Virus record (IMG/VR): IMGVR_UViG_3300045988_137383
Coordinates: 1 to 61,331 of that record
Reading direction: 5' to 3' (one strand)
Source: a virus
Length of the DNA: 61,331 nt
The translations under genes and the position numbers were made by a program. The notes beneath the pieces are model-generated. The model saw only the letters and a list, made by a program, of their open reading frames with translations, ran no database searches and had not been told where the DNA came from. Of the stretch, positions 25,861 through 34,049 are shown piece after piece. The first letter of the stretch is position 1, and every line of letters begins with the position of its first letter.

Positions 25861-26211
25861 ATGAATGATAGTATAAATTCTCACAAGATATTGCAGCCCG
25901 GCGACCGATTTGGCCATTGGACGGTGCTTGGGTACATAGGCCTGCGCAAGGCGAGTTCGAATACGAGGAACCGCCTCCGTATGTACCGTTGCCGTTGCGA
26001 CTGCGGAAGGGAGCGTGATGTCAGGGGAACAGACCTCACGAGAGGCGTGTCCCCGTCCTGCGGATGTCGCAGATGGGAGGGCAGGAGAGAAATCAGAGAC
26101 GAGAGATTCAAGGCAGTCACGAACCGAGTCCCGAAACCCTACGTCCCTGAGCACCCCGAGTTGTTCACCGATGACTGGATGTTCGGAGACAGACAGGCAC
26201 CGTTTGCCTAA
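25861..26211 (+). CDS. Cys-rich zinc-ribbon-like protein (paralog of 19043-19363)
   Basis: GDRFGHWTVLG...CRCDCG...SCGC...DDWMFG. Confidence 0.7.
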   Translation: MNDSINSHKILQPGDRFGHWTVLGYIGLRKASSNTRNRLRMYRCRCDCGRERDVRGTDLTRGVSPSCGCRRWEGRREIRDERFKAVTNRVPKPYVPEHPELFTDDWMFGDRQAPFA

Positions 26212-26221
26212 ATGGCTGGCG

Positions 26222-26458
26222 ATGAAACGGTGCGGACACTGCGGGCGGACACTCCCGGAGACGGAGTTCACCCGAGACAGGTCGAGGAAGGACGGTCTTG
26301 ACTGCTATTGCCGGGTTTGCCGGAAGGAGAGCAACATGAGGTACACCGAGGCCGGGCAGGAGAGGCCTGCCGAAAGGATGCGGACAGACCGGGAATACAG
26401 GGAGCGGGTTTTGAGTTATTACAGAAAGTACAATGCGAAACATAAGGAAAATGGTTGA
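26222..26458 (+). CDS. zinc-ribbon protein, 78 aa
   Basis: MKRCGHCGRTLPETEF...DCYCRVCRKE. Confidence 0.55.
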   Translation: MKRCGHCGRTLPETEFTRDRSRKDGLDCYCRVCRKESNMRYTEAGQERPAERMRTDREYRERVLSYYRKYNAKHKENG

Positions 26459-26639
26459 TGATCTGTCCTTGGACTTGGCCGAGGAAGGGGTGCCGTGCCT
26501 GTTCTTTCACGGCAAAGGCGATGATGCGGCAGTCACCGGACACTGCTCTGCGAAAGATATCGGGTTTTGGTTGGAATCGATGGCCAGGCATGACCGCAGG
26601 TTCGCAAATGTCCTCAAGAAGGTGGTTGAAAAAATATGA
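26433..26639 (+). CDS. hypothetical protein, 68 aa
   Basis: ATG ORF overlapping the upstream gene end; alternative start at 26451. Confidence 0.5.
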   Translation: MRNIRKMVDDLSLDLAEEGVPCLFFHGKGDDAAVTGHCSAKDIGFWLESMARHDRRFANVLKKVVEKI

Positions 26640-26643
26640 TTGC

Positions 26644-27156
26644 ATGGATACTGTTTACATAGCCATAGACCCCGGCTCGAAGGGGTGTATCACGATGCTC
26701 GACCCTGAGGGGAGGATGGAACACCACTTTATTGCCTACGAGGACAAGAAGGACATCCTCGATGCAATCAGAAGGGTCAAGAAGGCTTACCCCCTCTGCC
26801 GCATTGTAGCCGTGATGGAGGAGGTTCACGCTGTGTTCGGCTCCTCCGCTAAGGGAACGTTCGCCTTCGGGGAGATTTTCGGCTTCCTGAAAGGGATGAT
26901 ATTCGCATGCGGCATACCTCTGAACCTCGTCCCCCCAAAGGAGTGGCAGAAGGAGATATGGAGGCCGTGCGACAGGATATACAAGGCCACTGACGGAATA
27001 AGAAAGGCCATAGACACCAAGGCCACCTCCATAACAGCGGCCAGAAGGATATTCCCCGACCACGACCTGCGGAGGACACCCTCCTGCAAGAACCCTGACG
27101 ACAACCTGTGCGACTCCATGCTGATAGCCGAGTACGCGAGAAGAAAGAATCTTTGA
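26644..27156 (+). CDS. RuvC-like Holliday junction resolvase
   Basis: YIAIDPGSKG (Asp), VMEEVHAV (Glu), DSMLIAEYA (Asp); ATG at 26644. Confidence 0.75.
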   Translation: MDTVYIAIDPGSKGCITMLDPEGRMEHHFIAYEDKKDILDAIRRVKKAYPLCRIVAVMEEVHAVFGSSAKGTFAFGEIFGFLKGMIFACGIPLNLVPPKEWQKEIWRPCDRIYKATDGIRKAIDTKATSITAARRIFPDHDLRRTPSCKNPDDNLCDSMLIAEYARRKNL

Positions 27157-27200
27157 AAAGAGGGACGGAATCCGCATAAGATTCTGCCCCTCTTTCTTTT
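27157..27200. terminator. bidirectional terminator between convergent operons
   Basis: AAAGAGGG...CCCTCTTT compound hairpin followed by cttttt; the reverse strand is also T-rich. Confidence 0.55.
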
Positions 27201-27202
27201 TG

Positions 27203-27610
27203 TCATTCGCCGCATCGCGAGCAGAGGTACATCCTCGCCACCGGATAGGTCTTCCTCCCGATCTCACCCGCGAGGTATTGCAGCTCCTCCCCGAACGGGT
27301 CGATGCCCAGAGCCTCGGCAATGTGCATCGTGACGTGCCCCTTCTCATGGTCGTAGGTGTTCTGGAACTCGAACACCGATGTCGCCCTGCCTATCACGCA
27401 GACGGAAGACCTGGACCTGTAGGACGAGGCCGTGAGGCCGGAGTCCGGTCTGATGCCGGAAAGGATCCGCTCTGCGGCCCCGATTTTTTCAAGAGAGATC
27501 CCGGCCTCGTCCATAAGGTCAAGGATGGCGTCCGTGTCTCCGGCGACGGCATCATAGCAGAACACCACGTCCCACCGCCAACCGTCCAGGGACACGCGCT
27601 GCGCCGTCAC
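27203..27610 (-). CDS. hypothetical protein with an HExxH motif, 135 aa
   Basis: DHEKGHVTMH; GTG start overlapping the upstream stop (GTGA). Confidence 0.6.
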   Translation of the reverse strand: MTAQRVSLDGWRWDVVFCYDAVAGDTDAILDLMDEAGISLEKIGAAERILSGIRPDSGLTASSYRSRSSVCVIGRATSVFEFQNTYDHEKGHVTMHIAEALGIDPFGEELQYLAGEIGRKTYPVARMYLCSRCGE

Positions 27611-28029
27611 AGGATGCCCTCCCAGTCAACGGGGATACCCGAACGCACCGTGTCGGCATACCAACGGTTGAAGATGAACCCGTCCGCCTGGTCGGGGTCG
27701 TCCACGACATCCCTGACGTACAAGGCGAGGTGCGCCTCGTCAGCGATGCTCGATCCGAGAAAGTCGGCCTTGGCCATATTGGCGACGAACACATAGTCCT
27801 GCCCCACGGCGTTCTCCAGCATCACCCCGTTACGTTTCAGCATGTCATCTACCTGGTCCTTGCTCCACGGGTCGATGCGCTCGTTCTTCCCAGTTGCGGG
27901 GTTCCTCTTGCGCATGAGGGAGGCCGCGAAGGCCTGCGCCTTGCCGTTGAAGTGCATCCCGTTGTGCCTGAGGTACGCCACCATCTCGGACGGCCTCTCG
28001 TCATATATGTCAAGCGGTTCCCTGTACAT
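27607..28029 (-). CDS. conserved-looking phage protein of unknown function, 140 aa
   Basis: ATG ORF; ...VFVANMAKADFLGSSIADEAHLALYV... Confidence 0.7.
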   Translation of the reverse strand: MYREPLDIYDERPSEMVAYLRHNGMHFNGKAQAFAASLMRKRNPATGKNERIDPWSKDQVDDMLKRNGVMLENAVGQDYVFVANMAKADFLGSSIADEAHLALYVRDVVDDPDQADGFIFNRWYADTVRSGIPVDWEGIL

Positions 28030-28044
28030 GTCGAGTCCTCCCGT

Positions 28045-28317
28045 CTAATAGCGGTACCGGCCACGACGCTCACCGAATCCGTCACCGTCATAATCGTCAC
28101 GCCAGCGTTCGTCACGCGTCCGCATCGGTTCCGACCCGGCCCTGCGCCTCATAGGTGGCATCGACCTATAGTCGGAGTCGCCCCTGCGCTCACCGAATCC
28201 GCCCTCGTCAGACAGCTCGCTTATGCAGCTCATCAGTCTGCCGCCAGCCGACAGCATCTCCTCGGCAAGTTCGGACATCCTGTCCACCTTGCTCTCTGTT
28301 ATCTCTATTATTCTCAT
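28045..28317 (-). CDS. hypothetical R/D/G-rich protein, 90 aa
   Basis: internal repeat GGFGERRGDSDY / DGFGERRGRYRY. Confidence 0.6.
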   Translation of the reverse strand: MRIIEITESKVDRMSELAEEMLSAGGRLMSCISELSDEGGFGERRGDSDYRSMPPMRRRAGSEPMRTRDERWRDDYDGDGFGERRGRYRY

Positions 28318-28324
28318 GATTTTT

Positions 28325-28831
28325 TTAGGATTTGGAGGATTTCAGCGCTTTGGACAGCATCTCGGTCATATTCTCCAAGGATGCCTCGATTCCGCCTATC
28401 TTCCGCTCAAGGGTCTCAATCTTCACCTTCTGCTCCTTTTCCTCCGCAAGCCTCGGATTGAGGGAGCACATGATGGACTCGCAGGCCTCCAGTGCGTTCC
28501 TGTGATAGTCCACGCTCTCAAGGACTTCCTTGCTTGTCCGTATCATGTTCTCGACCTCCGCCACCATGGCGTCACGGCTCTCGGAAACCACCATGTTCCC
28601 CGATGACGCGATCACCGACGCGGACGGGAGCTGCTTGAAAGTCAGCAGCTCGTCCCCGACCTTCACGGTCAGGTCTATCACCGTGTCCTGCTGGAACTGT
28701 CCCGGCATCAGCTGCGTGCCGAACTTCGTGACCGGAGAGGATACCGATTGAACCACACCCGTCTTCAGGGCCGGGGTGTCACCCTTTGTCAGGATATAGA
28801 CCGTGCCTGACTGTCTCAATGCGCTGAACAT
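28325..28831 (-). CDS. hypothetical protein, 168 aa (beta-rich N-terminus, coiled-coil C-terminus)
   Basis: ATG ORF. Confidence 0.7.
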   Translation of the reverse strand: MFSALRQSGTVYILTKGDTPALKTGVVQSVSSPVTKFGTQLMPGQFQQDTVIDLTVKVGDELLTFKQLPSASVIASSGNMVVSESRDAMVAEVENMIRTSKEVLESVDYHRNALEACESIMCSLNPRLAEEKEQKVKIETLERKIGGIEASLENMTEMLSKALKSSKS

Positions 28832-28852
28832 ACCTCGATTGTTTTTGTCTTG

Positions 28853-29194
28853 TTATGCAAGTCCGGTAAGGAGTTGCAGTGTTCCTGTTGAAGCCTCATA
28901 GTAGGCAAGATAGATGCCCGTGCCGCCGATGTCGTCCACCGTCACGGCCGTGCCGTCAAGAGTGGTAACGGGCTGTACGCCGGAAGCCACCGAAGAGAAT
29001 ACAACCGGGAGTGTTCCCGTTGTTCCTGACGGAATAGCCTGCGCAAGCCATACCGCGACAAATCCGCTGAAGTTCCTTGCGAACCGCGCGTCACTGGTGA
29101 AGTTGAACCTCACCTCCGTGGCTGTCACTGTCACGCTTTCGGACTTGACCCTCGGTATCCCGCCTCTGTTGGCCATAAAGTAGAACGGTATCAT
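28853..29194 (-). CDS. hypothetical beta-rich protein, 113 aa
   Basis: ATG ORF. Confidence 0.7.
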   Translation of the reverse strand: MIPFYFMANRGGIPRVKSESVTVTATEVRFNFTSDARFARNFSGFVAVWLAQAIPSGTTGTLPVVFSSVASGVQPVTTLDGTAVTVDDIGGTGIYLAYYEASTGTLQLLTGLA

Positions 29195-29238
29195 GATGTC
29201 TTGGGTTTATGGGCCGCCTTTCGACGGCCCCGTTGAAC

Positions 29239-30162
29239 TTACAGCCAAGGGCCGTTTCCGATGACACCGGAGCCCGCACCAAGTCCGTTGAGACCGAGAA
29301 GGGTGGCCTGGCAAGGCGACAGGTAAACGCCGTTCTGCGCCGGGACAACCTGCGTCTGCGGGAGCTTGCACTTGATGCCGTCAACCTCCGACTTCAACGC
29401 GGCCACCGCCGCGTTGACCGGATTGACCGCCTGCGCGATGTACTGCCCGATCTGCGCGGTTTGGTTCGCCTGTGAGATCTGGCCGAGAAGGTTGGACCTT
29501 TCCTCCCGGAGCGCGTCGATCTTGTTCTGAAGCTCACGCTGCTCCAGCTGGCAGAACTTGTCGTTGATGAGAACGCTTTGCTGGTCAATCTTCGAGCCAA
29601 GCACGTTGGTCTGCTCTGAGATGGCGATCCTGCTCTCATAGCCCTGCTGAGTGGCGAGAAGACGGTTGTCGCAGCAGCATTGCGCAAGCTGTCTCTCTAT
29701 CGAGCAGTTGCCGCTCTGGATGGCGTTGATGATAGCCTGTCCGGACATGCCTACCTGGCTGCCGAGGGACTGGAGCTGTGTCATCACACCGTTGATGCTC
29801 TGCTGAATCTGGCCGACCGAGCAGTTGAGCGTAGATGCAAGCTGGCTGATTGCGGCGCCGTTGCCGTTGATTGCCTGCATAAGCAAATCCCTGCCGTTGT
29901 CCCCGTTGATAAGGGACGCAAGGTCCGCGGTTCCTTGACCGTTGCGTCCGAAGCCGCCCCAGCCGTTGCCGCCCCAAAGGAGGATGATGAAGAAGAACCA
30001 TATCCAGTTCCCCATGCCGTTGCCCCAGCCTCCGTTGTTGTTCATCATCGCGAGGACATTCGGGTCAACGCCCCTGTTCTGCGCGAGGTTGGCGAGCCAT
30101 CCCCACATCCCGCTGTTGCCGGAACCGGAGCCGTCGCCGAATACATAAGTTTTTGTCTCCAT
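29239..30162 (-). CDS. membrane protein with a G/N/W-rich N-terminus and a Cys/Gln-rich coiled coil, 307 aa
   Basis: ATG at 30162 (METKTYVFGDG); GGWGNGMGNWIWFFFIILLWGGNGWGGFG; the track start 30252 lies in the intergenic gap. Confidence 0.7.
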   Translation of the reverse strand: METKTYVFGDGSGSGNSGMWGWLANLAQNRGVDPNVLAMMNNNGGWGNGMGNWIWFFFIILLWGGNGWGGFGRNGQGTADLASLINGDNGRDLLMQAINGNGAAISQLASTLNCSVGQIQQSINGVMTQLQSLGSQVGMSGQAIINAIQSGNCSIERQLAQCCCDNRLLATQQGYESRIAISEQTNVLGSKIDQQSVLINDKFCQLEQRELQNKIDALREERSNLLGQISQANQTAQIGQYIAQAVNPVNAAVAALKSEVDGIKCKLPQTQVVPAQNGVYLSPCQATLLGLNGLGAGSGVIGNGPWL

Positions 30163-30252
30163 AACAAAAAAAGATTGTTGAGTTTCGACCGTTATCGGTC
30201 TTGCCGCAAACTTACCCATTCGGCTGCCCGTAATTAAGCGATTCGTTCCCAA

Positions 30253-30573
30253 TCAGTTCTCTAAATTATCCGCATTCGTTCCGTTTCCGTTCCGCCTCGC
30301 CTCTACGCGCCTCAGGCACATCTCCAGCCCCGGCGAGTTGTCCGCCCTCGACCGGAACGAGCCTATCATCTTGCGGACCGCGCGCCCGCTGATGTGCAGC
30401 CTCTCGGCTATCATCCCCGGATAGTAGCCGCTCCTCCTGAGCGTCACCACGAGCAGGTGCCTCGCGTCCACGATCTCCTCGCTCTTTGACTTCGACATTA
30501 TGTCGTGTCCTGAAATCCCCGTGACCTCGCACACGTCACGCAGGACGCTGGCGAATATCTCTGACTTTATCAT
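30253..30573 (-). CDS. DnaA-C-terminal-domain-like HTH protein (putative regulator)
   Basis: SKSKSEEIVDARHLLVVTLRRSGYYPGMIAERLHISGRAV resembles the DnaA domain IV pattern. Confidence 0.55.
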   Translation of the reverse strand: MIKSEIFASVLRDVCEVTGISGHDIMSKSKSEEIVDARHLLVVTLRRSGYYPGMIAERLHISGRAVRKMIGSFRSRADNSPGLEMCLRRVEARRNGNGTNADNLEN

Positions 30574-30677
30574 ATCTTAAAAGGTTTTAATTTTAACAGT
30601 ACGTGTAAATACGGGCGGATGGGCATCCGACCCGATGAAACGGCCGCACACGCAAAAGAAAATCGGCGATGCCAATA

Positions 30678-30703
30678 TTTCAAAGAGCGTGCGGAGGAGA
30701 ATG
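30678..30703 (-). terminator. hairpin downstream of gene 30712-31266
   Basis: GCGTGC-N14-GCACGC, T-rich after it on the minus strand. Confidence 0.4.
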
Positions 30704-30711
30704 CACGCCCG

Positions 30712-31266
30712 CTAAAGCCGGAGATAGAGCCCTCCGGTCACGCCAAGTCCGACGTTGACTTTGCCGGAAGGCGCGACGAGCACGGACGGCCCGACAGCCA
30801 CTCCGAAGCCCCACCTTTTCGGCTCGATGGAATATCCCTTCGTTACGATCTTGGTCTGCGGATATACTTTGACATACTCCAGCTCCGTCCGGAACCCGCT
30901 TACGCCGATGTCGTAGTTGTCGCCACGGTAACGGCTGAACACTATCGGCACCTCGACCTCGACGGTGTCGCGGATTTGCAGGAAAACCGTGTCGCCTACC
31001 GATGTGGTATCGTCGGCGAACCTCGCGAAAGCCAGTCCGGACAACGGGAGTCGGACGGTCTCCACCCTCAGAGGGGTGACGGAGAGCGGAGCCGGCCTGT
31101 AGTCAACGAACGTGTCGCGGATGACCAGAGTGTCCACCCGCTCCAACAATGATTGCGTTACGCTCCGCCTTCCGCCGAGGAAGCCGAGTCCCAGGGCGAG
31201 CAGCAGGAGTGCCGCGAACACCGCGGTCGTTTTCGGTCGTTTTCGGTCGTTTTCGGTCGTTGCCAT
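30712..31266 (-). CDS. membrane-anchored protein, 184 aa
   Basis: TM helix AVFAALLLLALGLGFLGG; lies in the lysis-proximal region. Confidence 0.7.
   Translation of the reverse strand: MATTENDRKRPKTTAVFAALLLLALGLGFLGGRRSVTQSLLERVDTLVIRDTFVDYRPAPLSVTPLRVETVRLPLSGLAFARFADDTTSVGDTVFLQIRDTVEVEVPIVFSRYRGDNYDIGVSGFRTELEYVKVYPQTKIVTKGYSIEPKRWGFGVAVGPSVLVAPSGKVNVGLGVTGGLYLRL
31225..31261. repeat. 3.7 tandem copies of a 10-bp unit (GGTCGTTTTC; coding strand ACGACCGAAA) at codons 3-14 of gene 30712-31266
   Basis: ggtcgttttc ggtcgttttc ggtcgttttc ggtcgtt. Confidence 0.95.
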
Positions 31267-31381
31267 AAATTTCTATCAAAGAGTCCCCCGCGCCTCCCGG
31301 CGGGGAGGACTGAATGAACAAAAAAATTAAAACCAAGAGTAACAACCGCCCCGATTATGGCCGGGGCGCGGCCATGATCCG

Positions 31382-31671
31382 TCAGTCAAGGATCTCCCAG
31401 TCCTCCAGAAGGATATCCGACTGCGACGCAAGCCATCCTGTCAGCACAGCCTTCCTTCCTGTCGAATCATGGGTGAACATGCAGATGTGCCAAGCGCGGG
31501 AATCTCGCCTCCGTTGCCTTCGGCAAGGCTTTTAAGGAGAGGATCCTTGCACCACTCCGCCTTGACGACAGCCTCTGGTTTAAGCCATAAAAACATTCCT
31601 TTTCCGTTCCAGCCCTTTCGGGCAACTCTCTTGCCCTGCTTCAGGGCCTCGATAGCTTTTCCAAAATCCAT
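31382..31671 (-). pseudogene. DUF2829 (Tad2-like) gene split by a 1-nt frameshift
   Basis: frame A reads MDFGKAIEALKQGKRVARKGWNGKGMFLWL...GGEIPALGT; the next frame reads (W)HICMFTHDSTGRKAVLTGWLASQSDILLEDWEILD*; the two join near 31490. Confidence 0.6.
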
Positions 31672-31779
31672 AATAAAATAAATAAAAATGTGTTGATTAA
31701 CGTCTTCGCTTTTTGATCATTTTCGCGACACCACGAAAATGATCATAATCCGGCTATAAATCGGCTATGCCTCATATCC

Positions 31780-32199
31780 TCACCGCCTCACGCCTCCGAG
31801 CCTGTCAGCCCACCGCTCCGTCCAGAACGAGTAGTAGTCCACCGTCCGCAGCCTCCTGAACGCGGAGTGCGCCCACGCCCAAAGGAGCGACGGAAGCCCG
31901 ATCACGACAAGGTAGAGCCATCCGAGATAAAGCGACTGCCTTGTATGTCCCCACTCGTGCATGTGGCTCATCTCTATGTACGATCCCTTGCTGTAATCCC
32001 CGCGGTAACGCCACGGGAGGATGATGAACCGCCCGAGGCTTATGCCGCCTTTCATCCTCTCCGAGTAGAGGATGCGGACATCGCCGTAGGTAACCTCCAT
32101 ACACATGCAGTCCAGACTGTAGACCTGGAAGAGGATGAACCCCAGGAGGTTCTGCGGAAGCTCCCACAGGAGCCTCAGGAAATTGATAATCTCTTTCAT
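31780..32199 (-). CDS. membrane protein with an HExxH motif, 139 aa
   Basis: HEWGHTRQS plus hydrophobic helices. Confidence 0.65.
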   Translation of the reverse strand: MKEIINFLRLLWELPQNLLGFILFQVYSLDCMCMEVTYGDVRILYSERMKGGISLGRFIILPWRYRGDYSKGSYIEMSHMHEWGHTRQSLYLGWLYLVVIGLPSLLWAWAHSAFRRLRTVDYYSFWTERWADRLGGVRR

Positions 32200-32245
32200 A
32201 ACACGTCAATATATTTGCGTCAAACAATTTTCATATTTTGACAAC

Positions 32246-32656
32246 TCACAAGGCCTTGTATTCGCTTGTCGCGTCGAAGCACGGGCACGCCTTCCTGGCG
32301 AAGTCCCTGTGGCCTCTTATCTCCGCGTTCGGATACCTCGCCTTCAGATCCTTCAGAAGCTTCGTGAGAGCCTCCCTCTGCGCGAGCGTCCTCGTGTCCT
32401 TGGCCTTTCCGGACTTGTCGAGACCTCCCACATAGCACACGCCTATGCTGTCCGCGTTGCGCCCCTGACAGTGCGCCCCGACCTCGTTCTCCGGCCTCCC
32501 GGCGTGCACCGTGCCGTCAAGGTAGACGACATAATGGTAGCCGATGGTGCGGAACCCGCGTGCCTTGTGCCACCTCGTTATCTCCTCGTTCGTCACCCAC
32601 CTGCCCTCCGGTGTGGCGGTGCAGTGCACTATGATGTAGTTAATCTTCCTTGCCAT
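32246..32656 (-). CDS. N-acetylmuramoyl-L-alanine amidase (Amidase_2 / PGRP endolysin)
   Basis: IIVHCTAT, GYHYVVYLDG, NADSIGVCYVGG, GHRDF..KACPCF. Confidence 0.9.
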   Translation of the reverse strand: MARKINYIIVHCTATPEGRWVTNEEITRWHKARGFRTIGYHYVVYLDGTVHAGRPENEVGAHCQGRNADSIGVCYVGGLDKSGKAKDTRTLAQREALTKLLKDLKARYPNAEIRGHRDFARKACPCFDATSEYKAL

Positions 32657-33179
32657 CGATCTTGACCACCTCTTTGTTTTCGGATTCCTCCGCTTTTTTT
32701 ATCGTTATCGCCCCCTCGATGTTCGCCCCGGTCTTGGCCTCGACCACGGCCTCGATGACCTTCGCCGCGTCAACCTTCACCTTCGCCTTGTGGCCGAACT
32801 TCCAGAAGTACCAGTTCTGGGCGATGGAGATCAGCTCCACGCCGATGACCACGAGCATCAACCCCGTCTCGATGATGGTGTAGCCCGTGGCCACGGCCAG
32901 CGAGGAGGCCAGCACCGCCCAGCAGAAGTACTCCACCGCCTTCCCTATCGTGCGGCGTATCGCCCTGCTTATCCTGATACGGTCGCCCTTGCGCCGGGCG
33001 GCCCTGATGCCGAACACGAGGTCGATCAGGATGACCACGGCGGCGATGACGAGGTAAGGTAGCATCCTCTCGAACGACTGCTGGAAAAACAACAACAATG
33101 TGGCCGATATGCCCGTGCCGACCACGACACTCCCCGCGGAAGCCTCGTCCGAGAGGATGTGGGCGTTGAAACCTTCCAT
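32640..33179 (-). CDS. holin
   Basis: 3-4 TM helices, VIGVELISIAQNW motif, overlaps the amidase start; ATG at 33179. Confidence 0.65.
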   Translation of the reverse strand: MEGFNAHILSDEASAGSVVVGTGISATLLLFFQQSFERMLPYLVIAAVVILIDLVFGIRAARRKGDRIRISRAIRRTIGKAVEYFCWAVLASSLAVATGYTIIETGLMLVVIGVELISIAQNWYFWKFGHKAKVKVDAAKVIEAVVEAKTGANIEGAITIKKAEESENKEVVKIDGKED

Positions 33180-33183
33180 CACG

Positions 33184-33786
33184 CTAAGTCTGTTTTTTTA
33201 TTTCAATAACGAGCGGCAGGTGGTCGGACATCATGAACCCGTCGTTGACCACTCCGCACGACACCACGGAAAGGCCGAAGGCGGCGCAGTGGTCCAGGCT
33301 CCCGGGCGACCCCGTGAAGTTGTGCCTGAACGTGACGTCGCCGATGTCCTCGACCTCCTTGCCGAGCCTCACCGCTACCTCCTCCGGGGAATGGTTGAAG
33401 TCCCCTACCATCAGGCATGGCCGCTTCTCCGCCTCCCTCCGGAGCCTCTCCCACACCTTCCCCATGCACTTCCGCCACGTGCCGTGGACGTTGATGACGC
33501 GCACGCCTTCCACCTCCGCCGCGTTGTGGTGTACCGCGAACCACAGCGGACGCGCCTTGATACCTCTGCGGACGTAGATGTGGTGGGACGCGGAAAGGCC
33601 GACGCGGCGGTAGCCTTTCGGGATCCAGAGGTTGGCCGGGAACGACAGCTCCTGAAGGCAGAGGACATCCGGGGCCTCGTCGGTTATGAACCTCCTTATC
33701 CTCTCCATCCGCCTGCGCCACCAGCGCGGCGACTTCCTGTCCGTGTCCCTTGTCCAGACGCGGCAGTTGAGCGATACTATCCTCAT
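33184..33786 (-). CDS. endonuclease/exonuclease/phosphatase (EEP) family protein
   Basis: VLCLQE, VINVHG, MVGDFN, MSDHLP. Confidence 0.8.
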   Translation of the reverse strand: MRIVSLNCRVWTRDTDRKSPRWWRRRMERIRRFITDEAPDVLCLQELSFPANLWIPKGYRRVGLSASHHIYVRRGIKARPLWFAVHHNAAEVEGVRVINVHGTWRKCMGKVWERLRREAEKRPCLMVGDFNHSPEEVAVRLGKEVEDIGDVTFRHNFTGSPGSLDHCAAFGLSVVSCGVVNDGFMMSDHLPLVIEIKKQT

Positions 33787-34049
33787 GGCCGTCCCTCCGT
33801 CGCTTCAGCCGAAACCGCGTCCTCGTCCTCCGGGACCTCCGCGTCAAGCGCGGCCACCCCGGCCTCGGCCTCGTTGATATCTCCTCGCCACGTCCTCCTC
33901 TGCGAGAGGACGGCGGCGTACTCCTCCTTCGTGGCTGCCCCCTCGGCGATCTTGGCCGCTACGTAGTCCGTCTCCTTCAGCTTCGCCTCCCTGTCCCTGA
34001 CGAGGGAGTGCAGGACATTCCTTCTGTCCTCGATTTCCTGTCTTGTCAT
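33783..34049 (-). CDS. hypothetical coiled-coil protein, 88 aa
   Basis: ATG ORF; ATGA coupling to the EEP gene; overlapped by the tail of the RT ORF in another frame. Confidence 0.6.
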   Translation of the reverse strand: MTRQEIEDRRNVLHSLVRDREAKLKETDYVAAKIAEGAATKEEYAAVLSQRRTWRGDINEAEAGVAALDAEVPEDEDAVSAEATEGRP

